Shown here piece by piece: positions 11,628 to 25,000 of a stretch of DNA of 64,000 bases (positions are counted from its first letter, which is position 1; every line of letters starts with the position of its first letter). The notes beneath the pieces were generated by a model. It was not told where the DNA came from. It saw nothing but the letters and a program-made list of their open reading frames with translations, and did no database searches. Made by a program: the position numbers and the translations under genes. The stretch lies in the NCBI RefSeq assembly GCF_001447785.1, contig NW_015175997.1:316878-380877 (forward strand), read 5' to 3'. The DNA comes from Gekko japonicus. Its lineage: Eukaryota.

Positions 11628-13182
11628 GCTCTAAATCTCATTCTCTCTTTCTCCATTGCTGTTCTGTTTTATTATATCAACTTGATACACTTAAATGACC
11701 AAAATGTAATAAGATTTTCTTTCATAATGCTTTCAGTTTATGAGCCCAGGATGAAGCACATTTCAGAAAGGTTTACAGACAAGTAAACAGGTACATATCT
11801 AGACCAGACTGCATGTGGCACAATTCTGGTCAGGTCTGGAATGTCACTATACTGTGTCTGCACAAGGACTGTTTCTGACAGGGCTTTTTTGTAGCAGATC
11901 CAGAAGTATTCCTTGGAGGAACTTCTGTTGTAAAGATATCTCATGTTGCCAGCCCTCAAAATACATTATTTGGTCACTGTAAAAATGCATTCTTTCCCAG
12001 CAGTCACTTCCATTGTGTTAGTGAGCAGGATACAATGTCATTGTGTTCCACAGACATCTGTTGGAAGGTGCTCATAACATTACAGGAGATAAGTGATGTG
12101 AGCTTCCAGTTCCTCCATACTTGCTTCATTTTTGACAAGGGAGGAAGTGATTTGTATTTTAAAAAGAAATTTCTGTAAAGGCTGACAATTCCCTGTTGTG
12201 GAATTCAAATATTGTGGGGGTGCATCTTTAACTTGCAAAATAAGCAAGCAAACAAGAAAATCAAAGAGGGTATCTGAAAAACTATACCTCCTACTCTAAA
12301 ATGCTCTGCCATTTTGTGGGTTTGTTTGCATCTTTCTCAGTTTTCATATAGTTCTCAGTAAAGACTTGGATCCCACAAATGACTTCCATGCTCCCTAGAT
12401 GGTCTGTGCCATGGAGTGCACTTCTTCTTCCGCAAAAGGTCTGTTTGCAGAAAATAAATAGTTTTAAATTAGTTTTTGTGTAAAAACTGCCTTGGGAGTA
12501 TTCATCTCTTTCTTGGGAGCAAAGGTGCACTCAAGTGTAAGTCAAGAGGTCCAAGGAGTAAGAATGGCAGGAGGAAGGAGAATACAGGGGGGGGGGGGAA
12601 CAGCCTCCTGAGTGCAGGAAGCTGGCAGGGCCTGAGAAGTTAGAAAGGACTGTGTCTTTCTCTGGAGCAGGGCTGTGACATTCCTGGCCAAGAGAGCAGT
12701 GTTGTACTCTTGGGACCTACCTTCCTCAAAGCCTAACCCTGTGGTAAGCATGGTGGCTAAAGGCTACAATTAAGAAACACTGTGCAGGAACCTAGGCCTG
12801 TGGAAACAGATGGATCAAGGTGGTAAGGGGTAGTCTGAACCCTGGACTGTAACCTGGTATTTGAACCCAGGACTCTATTGCTGGAAGCAATCTGTGCTAT
12901 ACACCAGAAGTGGCACCTTTTAAGATGAACAAAATTTTATTCTGGGTATAAGTTTCCATGTGCAAGCACATGACTTCAGATACAGTGAAACAGAATTTCC
13001 TCAGCCATTACACATAGGGGTAGAGAGGATGAGACTGCTGAGTTACAAGTTATTACAACATTCAGGACAATGGAACCCCCAGGGCTTAACAGAGATATTG
13101 AGCTATTATCTCACTACACATGCTAAGTCACTTAGTTCTTGCTTATACCCAGAATTAAAGCCAGAATTAATCCTACCAGTTT

Positions 13183-13500
13183 TTGCAGTACTTTTGTTTG
13201 TTCAGTGCCCTTTCTGGGGTGTACTGGAGGCATTTTGGACTGGAAAGGTTTAATAAAAGACTGAAACTTCCACATTTTATTTCTGAAATATTGCTCTTGA
13301 GTGTCTGTAACACAATGAGGAGTGGCAGTACTTTTGTTTGTTCCTGGCCTGTTCCAGAGGCATTCTGACCTGGAAGGGGTTAATAAAAGTACAGGTTCTG
13401 TGTTTTCTTTTCTAAAATATTGTTCTCAAGTGTGTGTAATGCATCCCACGGTTTTTTTGTGGTACTATTGTTTGTTTAATGCCCTTTCCGGCTGTTTTAC
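13183..13500. repeat. Diverged ~135-bp tandem repeat (2-3 units)
   Basis: Repeated TTTGTTTGTTC..CTGGAAAGG..TAATAAAAG..TCTGAAATATTG..GTGTCTGTAA blocks. Confidence 0.55.
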
Positions 13501-13586
13501 CATGGGGTTTTACCCTGTCACACTCTCAGAAGAATAGTTGTTTTTCCTGCTGCAGGGAGTTATCTTGGCATAAAATCTGTCCTCTT

Positions 13587-13800
13587 TAGGGTTGCCAGCC
13601 TTAAGGTGGGGCTTGGGGATCTCCCGCTTTTACAACTGATCTCCAGCTGACAGAGATCAGCTCCCCTGGAGAAAATGGCTGCTTTGAAAGGTGGACTCTA
13701 TGGCCTTGTATCATGCTGAGGCCCCGCCCCGAACCCCGCCCTCTCCTGGATCCACCCCCAAAGTCTCCAGGTATTTTCCAACCTAGATCTGGCAACCCTA
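13587..13800. mobile_element. hAT-like MITE, copy of the 18-236 family
   Basis: Near-identical to 18-236 with intact TIRs. Confidence 0.85.
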
Positions 13801-13899
13801 GTTGTCTTTTCTCTGTAGGGTAGGAGATTCTAGAATGGGCCTCACTAAAAATAAGACCCTCTCCCCTGCCTAAGACAGCGACATTATTTCCTTCATGTT

Positions 13900-14335
13900 C
13901 CTTCTCCCTCGGATGTTCGCATTTCGCTACACGCTTCCCTCTGGCGAGCAACATCAAGCTACCATTTCGACAAGCGTCTCCCGCCGCGCCTTCTTTAAGC
14001 GCGTAAAAGAGGGCGCCAACCAAGTCTAGTCAGCCGATCAGAGCTTGCCACCCATCACGTAGGCCCCGCCGGAACTCGACTGGAGGTTTCCGCGTGCGCT
14101 GCTTGTCCCTTTCCTCTATCATTTTTTTCTCTGGCCAGGGGCTAGATTATGAAACTCCAAGGAAGTTTCATAACCCTTCCCGCGCCCTTTTAGTAGGCGA
14201 GTTCCAAGGCAGGACGAGGCGCCTGGTCAGCAGCAAGTGCTTTATCAGGGGGAGGTGCAGCCTAGGCCACAGGAGCGCAGGTGAGGGGCGTCGCTTGCCG
14301 CTTCTCTCCCCCCCCCCCCTAACTTGTAACGGAGG
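13900..14335 (+). promoter_or_regulatory. DDB2: CpG-rich DDB2 promoter and probable non-coding exon 1 (donor after 14280)
   Basis: Local CpG cluster, E2F-like sites (GGCGCCAA, TTCCCGCGC), strong donor GCAG|GTGAGG at 14280/14281; the first coding exon has an acceptor 12 nt before its ATG. Confidence 0.65.
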
Positions 14336-15919
14336 NNNNNNNNNNNNNNNNNNNNNNNNNNNNNNNNNNNNNNNNNNNNNNNNNNNNNNNNNNNNCTCTT
14401 CTTTCCCTGCATCATTTCGAGCTCGAAACAACTCCTCATCGCCCTCTTGCTGAATTGCCTCGCTTCTTATTAGTTAGCTAGAAGAAGTCTTCCTGAAACG
14501 GGGCGTGGGGGTGGGGTGGGGGGACTGAATGGGAGAGTCAAGTTGGGTGGCCTCTGAAATATGCGGGAACTAGTGAGCTCGTGATGGTGACTTTCGTTTC
14601 CCGTATATTAATATGCTGGGTTTAAAAATAAAATGATACTGAGTGGTTCACGTTCAGAAGTGTAAGCGTTTGCCCTCTCAAGGGTTACACACGATGGGAC
14701 GGAAAGAGGAGATAAATATCTCCGCAAGTACTTGGAGCCGCTGTTTTCGGTTTCTGAGAGCATGCTGACAGGCTTGCGTACCTATTGCTCTGTGTTGGTG
14801 GTAATTCCAGGGAGGCATGTAACTTTGTTACAGCAAAGCAAAACAGAAGTCCAGCAGTACTTTAAAGACTAACCACGACCACGTTTACATAAACTTTTTT
14901 GAGTCAGTTGGTGATTTATGTCCAATAGAGTGTACTCTGCCTCCTGACAGTTTATGCTGGAGTAAATTTGTTAGTGTTTAAGGTGCCACTGGATTTCTGT
15001 TTTATTCCAAATTGGTGGGCATGTATGGTTTACCCCTGACTCCTTTGAGCTCCGAATCTATTTTGGTCTCTCAATACCTTTGTGAAGTAAATGAGGTTGA
15101 GAGGTTGACTTGCCCAAGGCCACCCAACTTAACTTCATGGTTGAACCAGGGCTTAAACCTGCACCTAAACTTGAAATTTTAGCATCCCAGCAATACCAGA
15201 AACCCTATCAGTATTTGTCCATAGATTCATGGATATTTGTGATAAAAATTATGTGGTAGTAGAATTTTCCTGTTAAATGATGCTATGTATTCTTAATAAA
15301 AAGGATACACATATTTTTGGTGTGAGCAAAACAAAGGCATTATTCACTACCTAAAATTACATTCGCTGTATGTCCATTTCCAATGAGAAAGGGAATGCAG
15401 GTAGAAATTTGTTGATTTGTATGCCTGACAGTAAGAATGAATGAAGTAGCAGTCTTTCCCACCAGAAATGGAAAACATGCTTGTAGGAGTGATCTCAGAT
15501 TAAAGAACCTATGGATACTGAAGTTATAATTGGTAATAACTGCCTGAAATGTATGTGTAGATGAGTCCTTGTTTGTCCATTCATTGTATGGCACAGGACA
15601 AAGAGAAGCCTGGGGTTGCACAGGGTGGCAGATAGTAACAACACACTGAGTACAGTCTAATGTTCATGGCTTGCATGTGACTGGCAGCAGTGGTCTCATT
15701 TTGGATAGTTTGTGATGTGTGTAATGCATGGAAGATCTCCAGAGGGCTAAGAGTTCTAAGAAACATCTTTATTTCAAAGAATTGTACATCTTTTACAAAG
15801 GAAATGGGTTGATGATGCAAACTAAAACCGTGGAGCTTTCAGTGTGCACCTATGTTTGGGGATTAGAACTCTCAAGATCCTAATACTCATATAATGGTCT
15901 TTTCCAGGGACTGGACAGA

Positions 15920-16094
15920 ATGCCCTCAGAGAAGCAGTCAAAGAACAAGAAATGGTTGAAAACATTTGAGAATCCTTCAGAAAAGGAGGCAAAATCAACT
16001 GGGAAAAGGAAACGAGATCAGGTGGAACTGGAAAATGAGTTGCGAACAAAGAAATTGCTTGTCAGAAAAATCAACAAGTTTCCAGAGAAAACGG
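15920..16094 (+). CDS. DDB2: DDB2 coding exon 1 (MPSEKQ...PEKT)
   Basis: Acceptor TTTCCAG ending 15907, ATG 15920, donor GTAATA, phase 1; basic N-terminus (GKRKR) resembling avian DDB2. Confidence 0.85.
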
Positions 16095-19000
16095 GTAATA
16101 TCATCAAAGCCTTGAAATTTTATCATACACCTGACTATGTAATACAGGTTTAATTGAATTATCTTTGTCCTGTCACTTTTCTTACTTCTTGCAAACACCC
16201 TTCCATTTTCTAGGAAATCCTGAGTACTGTGCTTGGGCCATTTCATATGGAAAATTGTTCCTGCACATTAGTTATCTCTGTGTAGAAAAATGTGTGAAGC
16301 GTCTTTAACCGGATATTTGTGATCGTGTTCCTTTTAACTAACAATTTAATACTTCCCTGGCTCATGGCAAAAATTAGACAGGTTTAAAAAGATGGTTTAA
16401 TAACTTTAAAAAAGAAAGAGAAATTATCCTTCAGGCTAAGTCAGAGAACAACTCTCGATATTCTTGTCTCCTAACATTAGAAATGGTATGAGTAATGCAA
16501 GTGGGGCAAGAACTGAAAAACACCTGCATATATGCTAATATCTTGGGCCCGAGCTACACAAACTAGCAGCAGACCTTTAGATCTGCATCTTTAGATGTAG
16601 GTCTTCTACATTCCCACCTAAAGTGCAGGTGGAAGGTATGATTGAATGAACCCATGTGATGTATTTGGAAAGTGTTGGACCCTCCCATTATTACCTGTAC
16701 ATGCTTTTCTCTTAATTAGTATCCAGTTATTTGAAATAAGATGGAGGTACATATATGTGTACGGGACAAACAGCCCTCCCCCTGTGGCTGTTTCAGCTTG
16801 CAAGAATAGTATTGGAAGGAAAGCTGAAGGCCCTACTCTCCCTGTGCCACACTCTTAGTTCCCTGATGTTATGTATATCTGCAAGTCAAAGTGGGGAGCC
16901 TCCCAACATGACTCGTGTCACACGTATTGTCTAGTTTGGCCTTAAGCTGAGAGTGGAGGGGTGTTTGCACTATGCCCCTTTGGCACTTTCTGTACTATAT
17001 TCTCTTTTATGTGTGAGTGGGGCAGACTAAAAAAAAAAAGTGTCTGCTGTCATGTCTCTGTTTTGTATCTTGCAGAACTAACCCCAGCCTCTAAAATCAG
17101 TTGGAGTTTTGCTGTTGACTTGAACGAAGACCATATCTTTAATGTTCTGTTGATGGGTCTCTCTATGCAGGAGCACATCCAGCCTGTGCTGAAAGCATTG
17201 CACTGGCTGCCAGTAGCATACTGGATTCGCTTCAAGGTGCTGGTTTTGACCTTTAAAGCACTTTATGGTCAGGGTCTGGCATACCCAAGGGACCGCCTTT
17301 CCCCATACATTCCCCAGAGAGCACTGCGTTCAGGGGCCCAAAACCAGCTAGCCCTCCCAGGCCCCAAAGACATCAGGCTGGCGATAACCAGGGCCAGGGC
17401 CTTCTCAGTGGCAGCTTCGTACTGGTGGAATGTGCTCCCAGAAGAGATCAGGGCCCAGGTGGGACCTTTTACAGTTCCACAGGTCCTGCAAGATGGCGCT
17501 CTTCCATTAGACCTTCGATTAGGAGCCGCCTCAAACACCAAAGAGTCACCCTGTGCCCTGGCTTTACCACCTTCAGCCTGTCTCGTCGCACTAATTAGTC
17601 GACCAAACTGAGCTGATGGGAGAATACCATCATGACTGTCACTTAAGTAGTATTGTTTAATCTAGAAATCTCTGCTCTCGCACTTTGTGTATTGTTCCAG
17701 CACTTTAGGAAAACTGATAACTGACTTGTTTATGGCTGTTTTTATTAATGATTTTAATTGTATTTATATATGCATTTGTATGTAAGCTGTCCTGAGCCTG
17801 CCTTGGCGGAGAGGGCAAGGTATACATTGAATTAATAAATGATAATAAATAAAATATTTTTTTTTTGGCCTTAGGGCAGGGATCTCCACCCTTTTCGAGC
17901 TTGTGGGCACATTTGGAATTCTGACGTGGGATGGTGGGTGCAACCACAAAATGATTGCTGCAGGAGGTGGAGCCAGCCATGAAATGATGGCCACAGTTTG
18001 ACTTTAGTCACACAGTGTAGTTCCTTGTGGTGTGGTGGTAGCAGCTGCTGCCAAAGTAACATTTTTAAAAAAAAATCTGCACGGCCAATCAAATCTCCAG
18101 TATTCAGTCAGAAGTGGGCCCCACCCACTTCCAAAAAACATTTGGTGGATGCCGGAAAAGGTGTCCGTGAGTGCCATGGCACCCACAGGTACCACATTGG
18201 GGATGGGGGGACCCCTGCCTTAGGGAGTACTTTTTGATGGTGTAATTTTTTTGCTTCCTTCTGTATCTTATTCATGACTTGCCTTGCAAGTAGAGTGTTG
18301 GTTTCACTTCATCTTTCTCTTTGTCAATCTGACATCATGAGTTTGGAGGAAATTATATTTCATTGCTTTGTATATGATTAGACTGTGTTGTGGACACGAT
18401 TGAACAGATCCTGTGTTGTATGGATATTCCTGGTGACCCGTCAGAAAAAAAGAAAAGAAAAAGGCAAGCACCGTAGAACTGGTGGTGTTCAAAAAAAGAA
18501 AAAGTTGGGTTGTTCAGCAGAATTCTCCCTAAACACAAATGTTTTTAGGCTTTTCTGTGAAGAGTCAGCAGGTCTGTTGTTGAAAACAAAGTACAGCAAG
18601 CTACTGTCAGTGCCTGGCAAGCCATAGAATAAATCTGGAATATTCTCGTTTAAACAGAGATTCAGGGAGAATTTCAGGGATTAATGCTGTCATGCTTTTG
18701 AAGATTTTAGGTGGAAGTTTTAGTTTCCTAATTAGGGCCAAGATTTGACCTCTGTATTGCCACTTTGACTTGCGTACTGATCTGAAAGTTGAGCTTTCCC
18801 ACTACATTATTTTGAATGGTTTCTGGGTTCTTGGCAGAGCAGTGCTAAAATGTGTGCCCATTTAGATTGTCAGGCTTGAAATACAGAGTTTTTTGAGGGG
18901 TGGCTATGGAAAGTAGACTGTGAAACTACACTTATTGTGAAATTACACTTCCAGACCTGCGTGGAGCCCTTGTCGTCTTGTGTGCTGTTGCTTTCTGGTT

Positions 19001-22000
19001 AATGAAAATACCAGTGTCACAGTAATATGTAGTAAATCAGATTTGGCAATATGAAAGTAAATGAAACCAATTTAGAGTGTGTGCAGAGTGTTCTGAATCA
19101 GTTATTTCAGTGATTACCAGGCAGTCAGTTCATTGATTGCCTTCATTTATTCTACAGGGATCAACAGTTTTGTTTCCCTTAGATTGAATTCCTAAAAGCA
19201 AAACAAAACCCAAGTGTGTGTGCACATGTGTGTGTGCTTTCAATGTAGATGTGAATGTAGAAACACAACGTAGTTTCTTGGTAACAGCAGAGAAGTCATT
19301 TTTTTTACCAGTGTCTGCCTCCAGCTTTAACAGATCAATTTTAAGAATTACCAATAAATCTGAATGTTGAATTAACACTTGTACTACCATTGAAGTCTTA
19401 AGTAATGTATGATAGCAGTTTTGGTCCACAGAAAGGTTTCAGAAAGTCTTGTATTACATTGCATTAAGATCTACTAAAAAGCACAAAACAATGAGCAAAC
19501 TTTCAAGTGCTTTATCAATCTGGGTGTTCAGTTTAACAAAAATCCAAAAAGAGGGAGGGAAAGGATGAGAGATCATTTGTAGGGCATGGTGGAAAGGCCT
19601 CAGACTTGAAGCATACAGAAATGCAATACAAGATGTGTGGCTGTCAAGTGGAATATCATTATGTATCATCATCACTTACATTAAGTGGCATAGTAACTGG
19701 GAAAAAATTATCCCATATCTTGTTACTTAAACGACAAATATGTCCCTGTAAATAATATCTCTTTGAGTTTCTTTCTCAGAAATTAATTTCTGAAAGATAG
19801 TTTCAGATTATGACTTGAAGTTTTATTTCAGAGATCTGAAGGCTGGCATGCATTGAAAGCAGCTTCTCTGTTTTCCATATTAATTTGTTCTTTTGGTACA
19901 TGTATTTCCACACATAGACTAGTTTTCGTGTAGGATGCTTCCATGCAGGGATTTTTTCCCCCCTTGGTGGAACACAACATGCCCTCTCCTTATGCCGCAG
20001 AAAATGGAAGAATCTAAAACAAGTGTGTGAATCTGAGAGTTGTGCACTTTATAAGAATTTATAAGAATTATAAGAATGTATAATTTGTAATTTATAAGAA
20101 TTATATTTCCTAATACTGTAGACTGTCTACGTAGTTATCATTTTGGGGGAGAGAAAACAGTATATTAAAAACTTTCCTTAACAAGGATTTCATTGTTCAC
20201 AGAGAAATGTTTTAGAAGAGTTTTTCTCCAATTTTCTCAATTTCTGATTTTTCCATCAGAAAAATTGAAAAATGGCCAGGGGTTGCATTTTTCTCCAGCA
20301 TCGTTTACTTGGTGTTCTGTCTTTAGAACATGTGAAAAGGTAAAGGTTTCCCTTGCTCGAAAGCCAGTTGAATCTGACTCTCGGGGTGGTGCTCACCTCT
20401 GTTTCCAAGCTGAAGAGCCAGTGCTGTCCAAAGACTTCTCCATGGTCATGTGGCCATGACTAAACGGCCAAGGCGCACAAAATGCTGTTACCTTCCCACC
20501 GAAGCAGTACCTATTTATCTACTTGCAATTTCTTGCTTTCGAACCACTAGGTTGGCAGGAGCTGGGGCCAGAGATGGGAGCTCACAGGAGGGTACATAAG
20601 TTCACTCTGTTATTTCAATGGAGCACGTTCCAGTTTTCTTCTCTCCACTGTTTTGTTTATTTACTTAATTATATGTATAAATCGCCTAATCCCCACAACT
20701 GTGGGGCTCTAGGTGATGTACAGATTAAAAGCAATAAAAACCATAAAACCATAATCAGACAATATAATGCATTAATTAATTAGAATCGGATGGCAATTTT
20801 TGTGGTTCCCTCCTATTTTCTGGCCTGTGGGTGCTTCGTGGATTGGGGGGGGAGGGAATAAACTCCACAAGGGATAGGAATCCAGGAGGGGTGCCAGCCA
20901 TGATGCAAGCCGTTGCTGTCCTCAACCAAACGCCTGGTGGAACGTCTCTGCCTTACAGGCCCTGCGGAATTGCATAAGGTCCCACAGGGCCCTGATGTCA
21001 TTTGGCAGAGAGTTCCACCAGGTTGGGGCCAGGGCTGAGAAGGCTCTGGCCCTGGTTGAGGACAGCTGGATGACTATAGGGCCAGGGACCACCAGCAAAT
21101 TGTTCTGTGAAGAGCATAGTGCTCTCCTGAGGGTATACCGGAGGAGCCGGTCCCACAAATACGTTGGTCCCAGACTGCTCAAGACCTTAAAGGTCAAAAA
21201 CACCTTTTAACTTGCTGGCCAAACGTCAGGTACTACAGTGCCAAGTCCATGGCCATACAGCCGGAAAATCTACAACAACTAACCTTTTAACTTGACTCGG
21301 TGCTCCACCATGCTTGCTGAATTCACATTACAGGTATTGAAAAAGGCCTATGTTCTTGTTGCTTCCACTGAAGCAGAGCAGATGTGGTCTAAGTGAACAC
21401 ATAAGCAAATGTTAAATGTCTTTTTTATTGTCTGGCAGGTCAAACTTTCCATGCCTCCATAATCAGAAATACTGGAGTGCCTTTTCATCAGCGAGAGATG
21501 CAGAAGAGCATTGTCCATTATGTCTACCAGAATGTGCTGGGTTCCTCTGTTGGGGTACAGCTCAAGAAGGTAAGGGATTCTTCTTGCCACCTAAGCTCCC
21601 CACAGCCTCCTTTTCATTCAGAATGTTTTCGTTTTGGGACATTCTACACGGAACAAGCAGAGAGTACAGATTCTCTACTATTGTCAACTTTTCTGAGAGT
21701 TTGGGATTATATCAGTTCATTTATCCTGGCCCCATAAGGCCAAACTACGCAGTATAATCACGTGTCAAAATTTTCTTTTTTATTGTGAATAGTCTCTGGA
21801 TGTATGAGTTTCAGTGATGGAGTGGCTGTTTTAGCCCTCCCCTGCCCAGCCATTTATCTTCCTACAGCTGTGTTCTCCCTGTTGAGGAAAAGGTATGAGA
21901 ACTTCTGTCTTCTCTCCATCTCCTTCTTGGGGAGGAGAAAGCAGATTGCCACAACAACTTTGAATGGGCAAATCATTCAGAAGAGGGTTTAATGCTCCAC

Positions 22001-25000
22001 TTATTTTGCTGTTGCTTTACTGAAATTTGCAACATACTCAGTTGCTTTGGATGAAAGAAGAACAAAACATTAGAGAAGCATACATATTTCATGTGTCTGA
22101 GTGTAGTTTGAGTCACAGTCTCCTCTATCAGCCGTGCAGAAAGGTGGAAGACTGTTACAGGCAGAACACTTTTTAATTGCATGGTCTGCATTCCCCTTTT
22201 CTCATTGTCTCTGCAGCAGTGTCTCCAGATGCATTTTATACGTTCCCTCAAGCAATACCGCTTGTTCAGAACTGCAAGTCCCTTTGATAGGAGAGTTACA
22301 TGTTTGGAGTGGCATCCAGCGCATCCCAGCACAGTTGCTGTGGGCTCCAAAGGTGGAGATATCATCCTGTGGGACTATGAAGTGCTCAATAAAACCTGCC
22401 TCATAAAAGGGGTAAGTTATTATGAAGGTGGACTGCAGTGTCAGCATGTGGTATATGTTAACAGAATAGGGTGTGTTGAAGGTGATCTACTTTCTATACA
22501 AAGGGGAGGATTAGGAAGAAGGATGGAGGGAAATCTGTAAGACACGGGGAAATCTTTTATTTATTTTTTGAGTTTGCTCTTTGCCCCCTTTCAGATGAGA
22601 AAGCACTTTACTGAGTGGAATGAAGTCCCTGCTCCTAGTGATATAGTCAATTGTTCTTTTGACCTGCACAGACTTAAAAGAAAAACACCACCTTGACAAA
22701 TTACAGTTGGGTGCCTCTGTGGACTAAATAACTGTGTGTTGCTGCCCGATTTGCTAGAGCTTGAACACTTAAAATAGTGATGAAGACTAGTAGTCTGGAG
22801 ATTCATAGTCCCTCTTGAAAATACCTTTTGCTGCAATTATTATTTGGATTGATATTTCTCTGTGACTGTACTTGCTTCAAGCTTCAGTATTTTTCATTTT
22901 TTGTTGCTCAGACTTTTGTCCTGTCATCTTACCCTGACAGAGGCAAAACAAAATACATGTCTAATCTGTATACAAGTTCATAAAAAATACCATAAAACAA
23001 TTCAAGTTCCCTCAGCCATGATGCAGTTTTGATGACTCACCCAGAGACCAGCTATTATGAAAAGGTTGTATAGATGACTCCCCAGTCCCAGATAATGGTA
23101 TACTCAGTACTTAACAGTATTTAACATTACTCTACATGTAGCTTGGCAGGATTACTTTTAACCATGACAGTAACTTTGTGTAGCAGTTGCTTGGAAGTAC
23201 CAAAACCCTTTCCATTTGTAAGGATTTTTGATTAGCCTGGTTGCTGTTATGTAGAAATAAATGCAGCCTGTTGTAGAAGTTGAGCTCTGTGTTGGTGCTG
23301 GTATAAGCAGAGGGAACTTTCCTCCTTCACTGAGTGGATTTCTGTTTTATTCATCCCCTTCGTTGTAGATGGGAGCTGGAGGGTCCATCACAGGAATGAA
23401 GTTTAACCCTTTTAATCCTAGTGAGCTGTACACATCATCAGTTGCTGGAACTACTGTCCTCCAGGATTTTAATGGGAATACAATCCGGGTCTTCACCAGT
23501 ACCGACGACTGGGAGTAAGATGCAATCCGCTTATATCCATCTCTGCCTTGTTCTGTTATTTAGAAGGCAACACAGACATAAGAAGTATATAGGGGTTTTC
23601 TGTTGTTGCCCTGTTAGAGATATTCATTCAGAACGGTGTCAGAAGCAAATAGACATGCTTGGCCAACTGTTTTACATGTTTTACACATCTTTTTAGACAT
23701 GGGTATTAATATTTATGTAATGGGAAATATGTAACATGTGAATTGGTTCTCTGTTGTATGACTGCCTTGTGTTGATTCAGTACAGACATGTTAGGCGTTG
23801 ATTGTTAGAATGGAATGAAATTACTGCTGTGCCATGTTCCACTAAATACTTTTCCCTAAAAAGCACCTGTCTTGCTCTCAAGGTAAATTGGAAAAAAGCA
23901 GATATCATGCTCTAGAGCAGCTGCAGGAAAACTGTGAAATGAATACCACCTTAGAAAGATGCTGGACAGGGTAAATGTACACTTCAGCATGGAATGCTGC
24001 TTGTTTTGTCCTTGTTCTCTGAGGCCGGGAAGGCAGATCCAGGTGTGGCTGTCACATTCACATCCTGTATTCTGAACTAGAGGAAGTTTAGTACAACTGG
24101 AAGGAACTTCGTAATGTTTGGGACATTGCCCAGGTTGACCCTAAAAGCACAGAATATTTGCATGTTGTATGGATATCTGGGAATACTTAGTTCTATTGTT
24201 GAGAGACAGGTTTTGTGTCATGGTTTGAAACCTGCAGTTCTGTAAGTAGTCCTTAAAATTATTGTAGTCCTACAGCATTCTTGTGTGTTCCAAAATTATT
24301 GTACTAGAAACTGGTAGTTCTTCGATTCTTCTCATACACACATACCCCCCACCAAGAGAGAGACTAGCAAACCCCAGTGCAAATGGTTCCATGGAGTGGG
24401 GTGTGGGAAGCAGTTAGAACATTTACCAGTTTACATTATCCAGAGAGCCAGTTTGGTGTAGTGGTTAAGTGTGTGGACTCTAATCTGGGAGAACGGGTTT
24501 GATTCCCCACTCCTCCACTTGCACCTGCTGATGTGACCTTGGGTCAGTCACAAGCTCTGGCACAGCTGTCCTTGAAAAAGAGCAGTTTGTGTCAGAGTTC
24601 TCTCAGCCCCACCCACCTCACAGGGTATCTGTTGTGGGGAGGGGAAGGGAAAGGAGTTTGTAAGCCGCTCTGAGACTCCAAGTGAAGGGCGGGGTATAAA
24701 TCCAATCTCCTCCTCCTCCTCCTCTTCCTCCTCCTCTTCTCCTCGTCCTCCCCCCCTTTTCATTGTATTATCCAGTGGTGTTTTTTGTTTTAAAAAGGGG
24801 GTATTTTATAACTTCCCAGCATTTGTTCAAAGTAGTTCTGAAGGAATTTAAATACAAAGAGAAGTTAGCTAACTAATTACTACAGAACCTGTAGTAGATC
24901 AAATACAGGGCTAATTAGCCCAGTAGCAAGTGCATAAGTGTGGATGCATCTGGAGTCTCCATGAACTCAGCATATCTCTGCCAGGATGTACCAAGTGCTT

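Noticed and set aside
12536-13520. Possible solo LTR (TGTAA...TCACA) upstream of DDB2
   Set aside because: No convincing TSD or second copy; boundaries cannot be supported.
16961-17611. 216-aa ORF in a DDB2 intron
   Set aside because: L2 ORF2 C-terminal remnant.
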